Below are positions 29,319 to 39,195 of a DNA stretch of 64,000 nucleotides, piece by piece. This DNA is from Verrucomicrobiaceae bacterium. GTDB lineage: Bacteria > Verrucomicrobiota > Verrucomicrobiia > Verrucomicrobiales > Akkermansiaceae. Each line of letters begins with the position of its first letter. Positions within the stretch are counted from its first letter, which is position 1. A model generated the notes under the pieces. The model was not told the origin of the DNA, searched no databases, and was given only the letters and a program-made list of their open reading frames with translations. A program made the position numbers and the translations under genes. The stretch lies in the NCBI GenBank assembly GCA_051252135.1, contig JBPOGH010000005.1:96001-160000 (forward strand), in the 5' to 3' direction.

Positions 29319-29891
29319 ATGACCTTCGCCACCCAAATCACCCTCTTCCGCCTCCTCCTGGTGCCGGTGTTTTGCGTCCTCGCCATCTATTACGGCGAGT
29401 CGGTCAAGTCCGCCTCCCCCGATGAATCACTCCGCTGGTGGGCCGTCGCCACCTACATCACCGCCGCCGCACTCGATGGCCTCGATGGCTTCGTCGCCCG
29501 CCGCTTCAATCAACAATCCCTCCTCGGATCCATCCTCGACCCCCTCACCGACAAAGCCCTCCTCCTCACCGGGCTCATCACCCTCTCCATCGTCGAATGG
29601 GGCCAGGACTGGCACCTCCCCATCTGGTTCGTCGCCCTCGTCATCGTCCGTGATATCGAAATCATCGTCGGCATCTGGATCCTCTACTTCATCAACCACC
29701 GCGTCCCCATCAAACCCCACTGGACCGGAAAGGTCTGCACCGTCACCCAAATGATCGCCCTCGGCTGGGTCATGCTCAAGCTCTTCGATCTCTCACCCCT
29801 CTACCCCACCATCCTTGCCACCATTTTCACCATCTGGTCCGGCTACGCCTACTTCTGCGAGGGCCTCCGTCAGCTCAAAAAAGTCAACTGA
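29319..29891 (+). CDS. CDP-alcohol phosphatidyltransferase (PgsA-like)
   Basis: DGLDGFVARRFNQQSLLGSILDPLTDK signature. Confidence 0.9.
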   Translation: MTFATQITLFRLLLVPVFCVLAIYYGESVKSASPDESLRWWAVATYITAAALDGLDGFVARRFNQQSLLGSILDPLTDKALLLTGLITLSIVEWGQDWHLPIWFVALVIVRDIEIIVGIWILYFINHRVPIKPHWTGKVCTVTQMIALGWVMLKLFDLSPLYPTILATIFTIWSGYAYFCEGLRQLKKVN

Positions 29892-29931
29892 TGACACTTG
29901 TCATCACGCCCTTCCCCTTTACCTTTCTCCC

Positions 29932-30744
29932 GTGTCCTTTCTCGAGCTCCACGACCTCAAAACCCACTTCCCTGTTCGGAAAGGCGGCTTTCTCTCCAAA
30001 TCGGATTCCGTCATCAAAGCCGTCGACGGAGTCACCCTCAGCATCGAAAAAGGCAAAATCCTCGGCCTCGTCGGTGAATCGGGATGCGGAAAGTCCACCC
30101 TCTCCCGCACCGTCATGCAGCTCCAGCCTCCAACCGATGGCAAGGTCATCCTCGAGGGCGAAGTCCTCACCGACCTCCCCTCCTCGGTCATCCGCCGGAA
30201 GCGCCTGGATTTCCAAATGATCTTCCAGGACCCCTATGCGTCTCTCAACCCACGCATGACCATCTACTCCACCCTCGCCGAAGCCGTCCGCCAGCGACAC
30301 CCTCAGCTCAAGGGAAAAGGCAACAGGGACCAGCTCACCGACCGCGTCGCCAAGCTCATGGCCACCGTTGGACTTGATTCCCGCTACATGCGCAAATATC
30401 CCCACGAGTTTTCCGGCGGACAACGCCAGCGCATCGCCATCGCCCGCGCCCTCGCCCCCGAGCCCAAGCTCATCCTCGCGGACGAACCCGTCTCCGCCCT
30501 CGATGTCTCCATCCAGTCCCAAATCCTCAACCTCCTCCTCGATCTCCGTGACGATTTGGGACTTACCATGATTTTCATCTCGCATGACTTGTCCGTCGTG
30601 CGCTACATCGCCGACGACATCGCTGTCATGTATAAAGGTCGGATTGTGGAATACGGAGACGCCGAAGAGGTCTTCCATAACCCTCAAGCCGACTACACCA
30701 AGAAGCTCATTTCCGCCATTCCTCACATCAACGCCACCGCATAA
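29932..30744 (+). CDS. Oligopeptide/dipeptide ABC transporter ATP-binding subunit (OppF/DppF-like)
   Basis: GESGCGKS, FQDPYASLNPR, FSGGQRQR, DEPVSALD. Confidence 0.9.
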   Translation: MSFLELHDLKTHFPVRKGGFLSKSDSVIKAVDGVTLSIEKGKILGLVGESGCGKSTLSRTVMQLQPPTDGKVILEGEVLTDLPSSVIRRKRLDFQMIFQDPYASLNPRMTIYSTLAEAVRQRHPQLKGKGNRDQLTDRVAKLMATVGLDSRYMRKYPHEFSGGQRQRIAIARALAPEPKLILADEPVSALDVSIQSQILNLLLDLRDDLGLTMIFISHDLSVVRYIADDIAVMYKGRIVEYGDAEEVFHNPQADYTKKLISAIPHINATA

Positions 30745-30756
30745 CCCCTTACCTGC

Positions 30757-31167
30757 ATGGACCCCACAACCTACAAAATCATTCACCTCGCCGGCCTCAT
30801 GGGACTATTCTCCTCAATCGGCGGATTGATCGGAGCTGACGTCAGAAAACCCGCCACTCTTCGGGCATACACCATCGTCCACGGTGTCTCTCTCCTCCTC
30901 CTTCTCATCAGCGGCGTCGGAATGCAGACCAAACTCTTCTACTCCATGGGCTCCATCTGGATCATTGCCAAGCTTGCCATCTGGGCCTTCATGGGGGCCT
31001 CAATTGTCATCCTCAAGCGCCGCCTCATGCCCGTGGGCGCAGCATGGGCCCTCACCCTCATCCTCGGAGTCACCGCCGCCGTTCTTGCCCTTAAGAAGCC
31101 CGGTCACAAGATGAAGGAAATCCCGGCCCCCACCAGCGCCCTCACCACCCAGGTGAACCAAAGCTAG
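30757..31167 (+). CDS. Hypothetical 4-TM membrane protein
   Basis: Four hydrophobic helices with intramembrane His (YKIIH, IVHG) and WIIAKL. Confidence 0.7.
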   Translation: MDPTTYKIIHLAGLMGLFSSIGGLIGADVRKPATLRAYTIVHGVSLLLLLISGVGMQTKLFYSMGSIWIIAKLAIWAFMGASIVILKRRLMPVGAAWALTLILGVTAAVLALKKPGHKMKEIPAPTSALTTQVNQS

Positions 31168-31195
31168 TCACACCTATTCACGTTTTACTCACATT

Positions 31196-31232
31196 AAAAA
31201 AGCCCGTCAGCTCAACACTGACGGGCTTCTTT
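31196..31232. terminator. Bidirectional intrinsic terminator
   Basis: AAGCCCGTCAG-7nt-CTGACGGGCTT flanked by A and T runs between convergent genes. Confidence 0.85.
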
Positions 31233-31251
31233 GTGAATACTTGCGGACGAT

Positions 31252-32532
31252 CTAGACCACCTGATGCTGACCTGGAACCGGAGCAGGATAAAGACCGTCA
31301 GGTCCGGGCTTCGGTCCGGGATCGGCATCCCATGCGTAACGTTCGGGCATGATCGAAATCTTGGACGCCAACGCATCGTCGTAACTCAGCTCCTTGCCTG
31401 AATACGTCGCCATCCGGCCCAAAATCGCCGTCATCGTGCTTGCCGCCGTATAATACGCATTGTTGATCGGCTTGTCCTCACGGATGTGTCGATACAGCAC
31501 ATCATGCTCCGTTTGGTAGGGATCGTTGTTCTCACCCCGGAAACGCCAAATCATCTTCCCGTTCCGGTCATAAAGTTTCCCCGGCGTCGCCCGGCCATTC
31601 TGCGTCCCGATCACTTCGGTCACACGGTTCAAAGTGTCCTTCTGATGCCGGCATTGCGAGTTCATCACGCTGCCATCGGCAAAGGTATACTCCACATAGT
31701 GATGATCATAAATTTCTCCAAACTCAGGCCCAACCCGCACCTGACGCCCACCCATCCCTTGCGCCTTCACCGGTGGTCCGCCTTTGAACCAGTTCATCAC
31801 ATCGATATTGTGCACATGCTGCTCCACGATGTGATCACCGCACAACCAATTGAAATAATACCAATTCCGCATCTGATATTCCATCTCCGTCATCCCCTCC
31901 TTGCGATCACGGACCCACACTCCGCCACTGTTCCAATAGACCTGCGCGGAAGTAATATCTCCGATCACCCCCTCCTTGATCTTCGCCAGCGTCTCGATGT
32001 AACTGTTCTGATAACGCCGCTGAAGACCGCACACCACCTTCAGATTTTTCTCGTCCGCCTTCTTGGCAGCCGCCAGCACCTGACGGATTCCCGGAGCATC
32101 CGTCGCCACCGGTTTTTCCATAAAGACATGCTTCCCCTGCTCCACCGCATACTCAAAATGCTGCGGACGAAAGCCCGGACTCGTCGTCAAGATCACCACC
32201 TCGGCCGCATCAATCGCCGCCCGATATCCGTCGAAGCCATCAAAAATCCGCTCCGCAGGCACATCCACCCGGTCCCCAAAGTTCTTCTTCAATCCCGCAA
32301 CCGTTCGCTCGGCATTGTCCCGAAAGGCATCACAAACTGCCACAATCCGGGTTCCACCCGCATTCAAAGTCTGCGTGGCAGCTCCCTGACCACGACCACC
32401 GCAGCCAATCAAGGCCACTTTGATGTCATCATTGGCGGAATTCTGGGCAAAACCACCAAGAGGTAGCGTGGCAGCGAAAGCTCCTCCTGTTTTCAGGAGA
32501 GCACGACGATTAGGTACAACGGAATCGTTCAT
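31252..32532 (-). CDS. Gfo/Idh/MocA family oxidoreductase with Tat signal
   Basis: NRRALLK twin-arginine; IGCGGRG, HVFMEKPVA, EQHVHNID. Confidence 0.9.
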   Translation of the reverse strand: MNDSVVPNRRALLKTGGAFAATLPLGGFAQNSANDDIKVALIGCGGRGQGAATQTLNAGGTRIVAVCDAFRDNAERTVAGLKKNFGDRVDVPAERIFDGFDGYRAAIDAAEVVILTTSPGFRPQHFEYAVEQGKHVFMEKPVATDAPGIRQVLAAAKKADEKNLKVVCGLQRRYQNSYIETLAKIKEGVIGDITSAQVYWNSGGVWVRDRKEGMTEMEYQMRNWYYFNWLCGDHIVEQHVHNIDVMNWFKGGPPVKAQGMGGRQVRVGPEFGEIYDHHYVEYTFADGSVMNSQCRHQKDTLNRVTEVIGTQNGRATPGKLYDRNGKMIWRFRGENNDPYQTEHDVLYRHIREDKPINNAYYTAASTMTAILGRMATYSGKELSYDDALASKISIMPERYAWDADPGPKPGPDGLYPAPVPGQHQVV

Positions 32533-32572
32533 AAATTGAAGGTTCCCCTCTTACGGACCTCACCGCAACGAT

Positions 32573-33034
32573 TTATCGAATAAGCTCGTCTTCGTAGACC
32601 ACGGTTAGCCCCGCTTGATTCAGCATCGACGCCCCAAACTCCGCATCTTCAAGATGCATCGCCAGCAAGGCATGCCCCTGATGCTGCACCAATAAGGAAA
32701 AAGCGTAGTCCAAATTGGTCTCAGCCTCATGCAGGGTCGAGAGGCATTTCTTCACATCACCCCCGCACTCCCTCATCTTCACCACCACCAACTCTGAAAG
32801 AGTATACGCTATCCCTTGTTCCGCAAAAAGCTCCTCCGCCGCATCCGGATCACTCAATACCAACCGCGCCACCGTCGCATCACTCGAATCCTGCACCGAC
32901 ACGCCAATCACATCGATCTCCCGCCTCCCAAGGAGTTTCGCCAGAGCACAAAACGCTCCCACCCTGTTCGGGAGCATCACAGAGAACTGTCTGACATACT
33001 GCCTTTTCCGGCTGATTTGCTCGGTCCCTTCCAT
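32573..33034 (-). CDS. Tandem ACT-domain protein
   Basis: VRQFSVMLPNRVGA, ETNLDYAFS; TTGCTC-17-TAATCT promoter directly upstream. Confidence 0.8.
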   Translation of the reverse strand: MEGTEQISRKRQYVRQFSVMLPNRVGAFCALAKLLGRREIDVIGVSVQDSSDATVARLVLSDPDAAEELFAEQGIAYTLSELVVVKMRECGGDVKKCLSTLHEAETNLDYAFSLLVQHQGHALLAMHLEDAEFGASMLNQAGLTVVYEDELIR

Positions 33035-33110
33035 CCGCGCCCAGATTAACAGATTCATCTCCTCGGAGCAATCCGCTTGTCTCGGAAGCAAAAATCCGCT
33101 TTTCAGAGCC

Positions 33111-33896
33111 GTGACCGATGATTTCCAATCCCGCTTCGGCGGTATCGCACGCCTCTACGGAATCTCTGCTCTGGAGAAATTCTCCCAAAGTCATGTCATG
33201 ATCATCGGACTCGGCGGCGTGGGCTCCTGGGCCGCCGAATCTCTCGCCCGGTCGGGGATTGGCACCTTCTCTCTCGTCGATCTCGACGACCTCTGCCTCA
33301 CCAATATCAACCGGCAAATTCACGCCACCGCAGACACCATCGGCAAATCAAAAGCCACCATCATGGCCGATCGCATCCGGGCCATCAACCCGGATGCCAC
33401 CTGCCACGTCCACCAATGCTTCTACAGCGAGCGCACCTCCGACGAACTCCTTTCCCACACCCCTCCCCACCTCGTCATCGACGCCATCGACTCATCTCGT
33501 GACAAGGTCCATCTCCTCGCCACCTGCCGCGCCAAAAACATCCCCGTCATCACCAGCGGAGGTGCCGGCGGCCGCCGAAAAGCCACCGAAATCAAAATCG
33601 ACGACCTCTCCCGCGCACACGGCGACTCCCTCCTCAGCAACGTCCGCCGCCACCTTCGCGCCCGCTATCGCTTCCCCGAACAAAAAAAGAAGGGCGGAAA
33701 ATTTAAAATCGCAGCCGTCTTCTCTCCGGAACAACGCCTCTTCCCCCAATGCGATGGCGAAACCTCCATCAACCGGCCCGAAGGGCTCACTGGGGGAATG
33801 AAATGCGATTCCGGCTACGGAGCGGCCACCCACCTCACCGCCACCTTCGGAAATCTCATGGCCGAATGGGCGCTTGAAACCCTTGCGACCGCTTAA
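33111..33896 (+). CDS. tcdA: tRNA threonylcarbamoyladenosine dehydratase (ThiF/E1-like)
   Basis: RFGGIARLYG, IGLGGVGSWAAESLARSG, TNINRQIHA, IDAID, TATFG. Confidence 0.9.
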   Translation: MTDDFQSRFGGIARLYGISALEKFSQSHVMIIGLGGVGSWAAESLARSGIGTFSLVDLDDLCLTNINRQIHATADTIGKSKATIMADRIRAINPDATCHVHQCFYSERTSDELLSHTPPHLVIDAIDSSRDKVHLLATCRAKNIPVITSGGAGGRRKATEIKIDDLSRAHGDSLLSNVRRHLRARYRFPEQKKKGGKFKIAAVFSPEQRLFPQCDGETSINRPEGLTGGMKCDSGYGAATHLTATFGNLMAEWALETLATA

Positions 33897-34027
33897 AAGC
33901 AGCCCCCCGCACGGAGAAAGTTCTTCTTTCAAAAAAAATCTCTTATCCTGCGCCCTGAAATCTGCTTGTATTACAGATCGAGCATGGAAGATCAGATCTA
34001 AAATGCAGAACCACACAAACCACTGTA

Positions 34028-35815
34028 ATGATTAACAAAATCCTCAACCCGGTCATCACCGGACTCATCACGGCCAGCAGCCTGTATGCCGCCGAGGTCA
34101 CTATCTTCGAAGAAGACTTCGAGGGTGCTGGCGACGCGCTTGTATCTGGCGGAGCAGTCACCACCACAACCCTCGTCGCAGACCCCCAGGCAGGCGGAAC
34201 ACGCGGGACCGTCATGGAACTCTCACTTGATGGCACCGCCCAATGGGCCGGCCTCAATACCGTCCCACTGCGAATCGGACTCCTCCCACTCGGAATCGCC
34301 CCCGGAACCGATACCTACGAGTTCACCGCTGATGTCTACGTCCCCTCCACCACCACCTTGGCGGTCGATGACACCACCGGACTGCGGATTCGCTGGACTG
34401 ACGCCGACGAGACCGGAAAAACCGAGCCCGCTTTCCAAAAGAGACTCGATGATCCCATCTTCATTCGCGATCAGTGGGTTACCCTCACTCTCAGCGGAAA
34501 CATCCCCGCAACCTTCGGCACTGCCGGGGGCGCAACCACCCACATCCGCCCCATCTACTCGGTTCAGGATGTCGGCGTCAATGCCGTGAGCGGAACAGCC
34601 ATCTACCTGGATAACGTCAAGATCATCGCCACCACCGCGGGCGAGGACCCCAACCTGTTTGGCTCCAACACATCCAAATTCGGGATCGTTGCTCCAGGCA
34701 CCACCGAAACCAGAACCTACTCCCTCTCCAACACCGGAGTTTCCAATGACCTCGTCATCTCGGAAGGGGCTCTTTCAGGTCCGGGTAGTGCCAACTTCAC
34801 CGTCAACACCACCTTCCCTCTGACCATCGCTCCCGGCGGCAGTGCGGATATCGAGGTTGTCTTTGACAGCTCCACCGGAGTCGGGGCCTATGCCGCGGCA
34901 CTGGACCTCACCACCAACGACGCCACCGACCCAACCTACTCACTCTCACTCTCCTCGATCATCTTCGAGCACGACCCCACCTCCGAAGAGCTCATCATCA
35001 ATGGTGACTTCGAAGCAGGAAGCACTGTCGGATTCGGATCAGGTCAGAAGTTTGAAATCTTGACCGCTCCCACTGACCCGGTTCATGCCGGAAACTTCGC
35101 AGCGTCCTACACCCTCCCCGGTGGAAACCAGTGGGGAAGCTTCGAACTCAATCAACCCTCCCCTCCTGCTGTCGAGGGAATGGCAAATCGCGTCATCATC
35201 ACTCCGGAAATGATCGGACGTCCCTACAAGTTCTCTTGCTGGTACTACCGCCCCGCGACCGATGGCATCGCCGACGATGACTTGGTTCAGTTCATCATGC
35301 GTTGGAATGGCCTCACGCCGGACAGTGCTCCCTTCTTCTCCTATTCCGGTGCTGATCTTGGCGCCGATACCTGGGTCGAATACATCGAGGAAGGAATCGT
35401 TCCTGCCACCTGGCCTGAAAACGATCCCGCTGGCGTTCCTGTCGACTCCGCACACCTGATCTTTAGCTTCAGGGATGTTGACACCAACGCCGTGGGAACC
35501 GAACGCGTCTTCATCGATGACTTGAGCTTCACCGTAGACCTTCCTGAGGTCATCGTGGTGGTCTACCCGGAAATCACCAACATCGCTCGCGACCAGTTCT
35601 CCGGTGCCTCCACCTTCTCCTGGACCACCGCGCCCAATCAGACCTACATCGTCGAATTTAGCGCTGATCTGGTCAACTGGGTCGAACTCGAAGACGAGCT
35701 TCCCGCTTCAACTGAAGGTGATTCCACCACCTACACCGACTCAACCTCTGATGAAGATGAAGTGCGGTTCTACCGCGTCATCCTGAATAACGCTCCGGCC
35801 CCTCCGGCTGAGTAA
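34028..35815 (+). CDS. Secreted protein with two CBM-like jelly-roll repeats flanking an Ig-like (ASH/choice-of-anchor D-like) domain
   Basis: Signal peptide; internal duplication (EDFEG..YLDNV / NGDFEAG..FIDDL); LSNTG..FPLTIAPG..TND central domain. Confidence 0.7.
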   Translation: MINKILNPVITGLITASSLYAAEVTIFEEDFEGAGDALVSGGAVTTTTLVADPQAGGTRGTVMELSLDGTAQWAGLNTVPLRIGLLPLGIAPGTDTYEFTADVYVPSTTTLAVDDTTGLRIRWTDADETGKTEPAFQKRLDDPIFIRDQWVTLTLSGNIPATFGTAGGATTHIRPIYSVQDVGVNAVSGTAIYLDNVKIIATTAGEDPNLFGSNTSKFGIVAPGTTETRTYSLSNTGVSNDLVISEGALSGPGSANFTVNTTFPLTIAPGGSADIEVVFDSSTGVGAYAAALDLTTNDATDPTYSLSLSSIIFEHDPTSEELIINGDFEAGSTVGFGSGQKFEILTAPTDPVHAGNFAASYTLPGGNQWGSFELNQPSPPAVEGMANRVIITPEMIGRPYKFSCWYYRPATDGIADDDLVQFIMRWNGLTPDSAPFFSYSGADLGADTWVEYIEEGIVPATWPENDPAGVPVDSAHLIFSFRDVDTNAVGTERVFIDDLSFTVDLPEVIVVVYPEITNIARDQFSGASTFSWTTAPNQTYIVEFSADLVNWVELEDELPASTEGDSTTYTDSTSDEDEVRFYRVILNNAPAPPAE

Positions 35816-35842
35816 TTCATCCGGTTCGGATAAATTATCCCC

Positions 35843-35875
35843 AAAGCGATCCGGCTCCGGCCGGGTCGCTTTTTT
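35843..35875 (+). terminator. Intrinsic terminator
   Basis: AAAGCGATCCGGC-tccg-GCCGGGTCGC followed by T6. Confidence 0.85.
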
Positions 35876-35898
35876 ATTCCCCGCGACTCATGGACACC

Positions 35899-35930
35899 AA
35901 AAAGGCGACCCCCATCGGAGGCCGCCTTTT
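35899..35930 (-). terminator. Intrinsic terminator of rpmJ
   Basis: On the - strand GGCGGCCTCC-gat-GGGGGTCGCC followed by T5. Confidence 0.8.
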
Positions 35931-35953
35931 CGAAAAGTTAAAGGTGGTAAAAC

Positions 35954-36118
35954 CTAGTTCACGCCCTTCTTGGACATCTTGGTGCCTTTCGTGGCTCCTT
36001 GACGCGCCTTGAAGCGTGGATTGGTTTTGTTAATGACGTAAAGAGTGCCCTTACGCTTCACAACTTGACAGTCAGCGTGGCGGCGTTTGGCGGAAGCGAG
36101 GGAAGAAAGTACTTTCAT
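35954..36118 (-). CDS. rpmJ: 50S ribosomal protein L36, zinc-independent (type B, C-) form
   Basis: [41 protein letters not shown]; CxxC/CxxxxH ligands absent. Confidence 0.93.
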   Translation of the reverse strand: MKVLSSLASAKRRHADCQVVKRKGTLYVINKTNPRFKARQGATKGTKMSKKGVN

Positions 36119-36237
36119 GGGACCTGCGGTTGGAGGCGGGAGACTAGACCCCGATTCCACCATGTAAAGCCCATTCCACAGAAAAATTCGTATTCAAAGC
36201 CCCCCCGTCATGGTTCACTCCCCCCACGCCTTTACCT

Positions 36238-37263
36238 ATGTCGGAGTCCTATTTCCAAGAAACCGCAAACGCCCCCGAGACCCCACTCGATCTCACCCTC
36301 CGCCCCCCCGGGTTCGAGGACTTCCACGGCCAGGAAAAAGTCACCGAACGGCTCATGCTCATGGTCCAGGCCGCAAAACAACGCGATGACGTCCTCGAGC
36401 ACGTCCTCCTCTCCGGCCCCCCGGGACTCGGTAAAACCACCCTCGCCAACATTGTCGCCGCCTCCGTCGGCACCACCCTTCACACCACCTCCGGCCCCCA
36501 GATCGAAAAAGCGGCCGATCTCGCCGGCATCCTCACCAACCTCCAGCGCGGCGATCTCCTCTTCATCGACGAAATCCACCGCCTCCACCCCGCCATCGAG
36601 GAATACCTCTACCCCGCCATGGAAGACTTCCGGCTCGATATCATCATCGACTCCGGCCCCTCCGCCCGCTCCATCCAGCTCCAGCTCCCAAAATTTACCC
36701 TCGTCGGCGCCACCACCCGCTCCGGCATGCTCACCTCCCCTCTCCGCTCCCGCTTCGGGCTCCTCAACCGGCTCGATTACTACACCCACGAACAACTCGC
36801 CTTCATCATCGAGCGCTCCGCCTCCATCCTTGATCTCACCCTCGATTCCGAAGGAGCCCTCGAAATCGCCCGCCGCTCCCGCGGCACCCCCCGCATCGCC
36901 AACAACCTCCTCCGCTGGGTCCGCGACTTCGCCCAGGTCCGCTCCGATGGCGCCATCACCGCTCCCATCGCCAACGACGCCCTCGCCATGATCGAGATCG
37001 ACCAGGACGGCCTCGACGAAATGGACAAACGTCTCCTCGAGGTCATGATCTATAAATTCGCCGGCGGCCCCGTCGGCCTCTCCTCCCTCGCCGTCGCCGT
37101 CGGAGAGGACGCCTCCACCCTCGAAGAAGTCCACGAGCCCTTCCTCATCATGCAAGGATTCGTCAAACGCACCCCCCGCGGCCGTGTCGCCATGCCCGCC
37201 GCCTATCAAAAAATCGGCGCTCCCGAACCCTCAGACCCCTCCGGCCAACAAAACCTTCTCTAG
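36238..37263 (+). CDS. ruvB: Holliday junction branch migration helicase RuvB
   Basis: [46 protein letters not shown]. Confidence 0.97.
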   Translation: MSESYFQETANAPETPLDLTLRPPGFEDFHGQEKVTERLMLMVQAAKQRDDVLEHVLLSGPPGLGKTTLANIVAASVGTTLHTTSGPQIEKAADLAGILTNLQRGDLLFIDEIHRLHPAIEEYLYPAMEDFRLDIIIDSGPSARSIQLQLPKFTLVGATTRSGMLTSPLRSRFGLLNRLDYYTHEQLAFIIERSASILDLTLDSEGALEIARRSRGTPRIANNLLRWVRDFAQVRSDGAITAPIANDALAMIEIDQDGLDEMDKRLLEVMIYKFAGGPVGLSSLAVAVGEDASTLEEVHEPFLIMQGFVKRTPRGRVAMPAAYQKIGAPEPSDPSGQQNLL

Positions 37264-37265
37264 CA

Positions 37266-37691
37266 ATGTCCCTCCACACAGACCTCCTCGAAAGGGCCAA
37301 ATCCTCCGGCCTCCGGCGCACCAAAGCCCTCGAAGCCATCCTCACCTGCCTCGCCGACCACAACCGGCCCATGACTCTCGCCGAGCTCACTTCCTGCGGA
37401 CACCTCTCCGAGCAATGCGATAAGGCCACCGTCTTCCGCCTCCTCCAGCGCCTCAGTGACAAAGGAATGGTCCGCCGCCTCGGCCTCCACGAGCGCGCCG
37501 CCTACTTCACCCTCCTCATCCCCGGCGTCCACCGCGACTACCTCATCTGCACCGAGTGCGGCACCATCGAGCCCATCAACGCCCCCTGCCCCGTTCATCA
37601 GCTCCAAAAAGAAATCCAAAAGGAAACCGGCTTCCAAAACCTCTACCACGAGCTCGAATTCTTCGGCACCTGCCCCTCCTGCTCCGCCTAA
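37266..37691 (+). CDS. Fur-family transcriptional repressor
   Basis: ATVFRLL HTH, ICTECG and CPSC zinc sites, HELEFFG. Confidence 0.88.
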   Translation: MSLHTDLLERAKSSGLRRTKALEAILTCLADHNRPMTLAELTSCGHLSEQCDKATVFRLLQRLSDKGMVRRLGLHERAAYFTLLIPGVHRDYLICTECGTIEPINAPCPVHQLQKEIQKETGFQNLYHELEFFGTCPSCSA

Positions 37692-38320
37692 ATTTTCTCC
37701 AGCCACTCCCCGGTCGCATAACGTCCGCTGAGATCCTTCGGAAAAGACGCATCCCAGTCGATGACGTCCTCCGCCAAAAACCTCTCCAGCCCCCCGATCT
37801 CCCCCAGCACACTCCCCTGGTGCAAAATCCCCTCCCGGCTTCGCCGCTGCCCGGCCCCCGCCACCTTCTGCCCGCCATCCAGAATATCCCACTGCACCGG
37901 ATTCTCAAAACACGCCGCCGATCCCCCCCCCGAATCCTTCCCCGCCAGCTCACCCCCCGCTCCATTCGCCCGCAAGCAGGCCGCCACCGCCCGGTGAATC
38001 GCACAATAACTCTCCCCACCTCGTAGACTGGCCGCTTCTTCAACCCGAGAAATCGCCAGCGTATACGTCCGGTCACCCCGGTGATCCACAATCCCCCCTC
38101 CGGTCCAGCGCCGCACATACGAAACCTCATCCCCAAAAATCCTCTTCGCCTCCGCCAGCGATTGAAAACACCCCAAACTCACCCAATCCCCCTCCCACTC
38201 ATAAATTCTCAAAATCGGCCCCTCACCCACCTGCGACATCAACCACTCATCCAACGCCATATTCTCCGGACCCGACCTCGGAACCGAATCCTTCCAAACT
38301 CGCAGCGATTGAAAAAGCAC
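37688..38320 (-). CDS. Lipoate-protein ligase A / LipM-like protein
   Basis: NMALDE, VRRWTGGGIVDH, KVAGAGQRR, LHQGS; start approximate. Confidence 0.85.
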   Translation of the reverse strand: MLFQSLRVWKDSVPRSGPENMALDEWLMSQVGEGPILRIYEWEGDWVSLGCFQSLAEAKRIFGDEVSYVRRWTGGGIVDHRGDRTYTLAISRVEEAASLRGGESYCAIHRAVAACLRANGAGGELAGKDSGGGSAACFENPVQWDILDGGQKVAGAGQRRSREGILHQGSVLGEIGGLERFLAEDVIDWDASFPKDLSGRYATGEWLEKI

Positions 38321-38339
38321 CCCCTCATCACACTCCCCC

Positions 38340-38367
38340 TTGCGCCCTGAGCAAGCCAAAGTATCCT
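38340..38367 (+). promoter_or_regulatory. Sigma70-type promoter giving a probable leaderless cbiX-like transcript
   Basis: TTGCGC-16 nt-TATCCT, 6 nt upstream of ATG 38374. Confidence 0.55.
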
Positions 38368-38373
38368 CCCGAC

Positions 38374-39192
38374 ATGACTTTTTCGCCCAAGCCCCGCGCC
38401 GCCCTCCTCATCGTCGGCCACGGCTCCACCGAAAACCCGGACTCCTCCGCTCCTTACTTCGACCACGCCCGCGAAATCAGAAACCGCAACCTCTTCGCCG
38501 AGGTCCACTGCTGCTTCTGGAAAGAGGAACCCTCCATGCGCGAAGCCCTCTACATGATCGATGCTGACGAAGTCTACGTCGTCCCCGACTTCATCTCCGA
38601 AGGCTACTTCACCCAGGATGTCATCCCGCGTGAACTCGAGCTCACCGGCCCCACCACTCAAGTTCACGGAAAAACCATCCACTACTGTGATCCCGTCGGC
38701 ATCCACCCCTCCATGACCTCTCTCATCCTCCAGCGCACCGCCGAAGTCGCCCCCGGAGTCCCCCAGGAGGAATCCACCCTCTTCATCGTCGGCCACGGCA
38801 CCGGACTGAACAAAAACTCCACCAAGGCCATCCGCGATCAGGTCGAGCTCATCCGCACCCTCCCTGACAACCACTTCGCCGCCGTCGAGGACACCTACAT
38901 GGAAGAGCCTCCCTTCATCGCCGATTGGGCCAAAATCGCAGAGACCCCCAACGCCATCGTCGTCCCCTTCTTCATCGCCGACGGCCTCCACAGCTACCAG
39001 GACATCCCCGTCATGCTCGGCTTCGAAAAAGATGAAGGCGAAGCCGCCAGCCAAAAAGAAGTCTTCCGCCGCAACCCCTACCAAATCCGCGGAAAAACCC
39101 TCTACTACTCCGCCGCCATCGGCACCGAACCCCTCATGGCCGACGTCATCCTCGACCAAATCACCACCTTCGACACCACCCACCTCTCCTGA
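38374..39192 (+). CDS. CbiX/SirB family class II chelatase-like protein
   Basis: Duplicated IVGHGS / IVGHGT motifs, FWKEEP, VVPFFIADGLH. Confidence 0.85.
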   Translation: MTFSPKPRAALLIVGHGSTENPDSSAPYFDHAREIRNRNLFAEVHCCFWKEEPSMREALYMIDADEVYVVPDFISEGYFTQDVIPRELELTGPTTQVHGKTIHYCDPVGIHPSMTSLILQRTAEVAPGVPQEESTLFIVGHGTGLNKNSTKAIRDQVELIRTLPDNHFAAVEDTYMEEPPFIADWAKIAETPNAIVVPFFIADGLHSYQDIPVMLGFEKDEGEAASQKEVFRRNPYQIRGKTLYYSAAIGTEPLMADVILDQITTFDTTHLS

Positions 39193-39195
39193 AAA

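Noticed and set aside
29932..30744. Peptide ABC ATPase without adjacent permease or binding protein
   Set aside because: Scattered operons are the norm in this window (trmD, ruvB and hisA are also isolated), so this is not evidence of a new system.
35954..37691. Zinc-free L36 near a Fur-family gene as a Zur-regulated zinc-sparing module
   Set aside because: No Zur/Fur-like palindrome in 36119-36237, no L31B partner, and the Fur gene is coupled to ruvB; the C- form may be the only L36.
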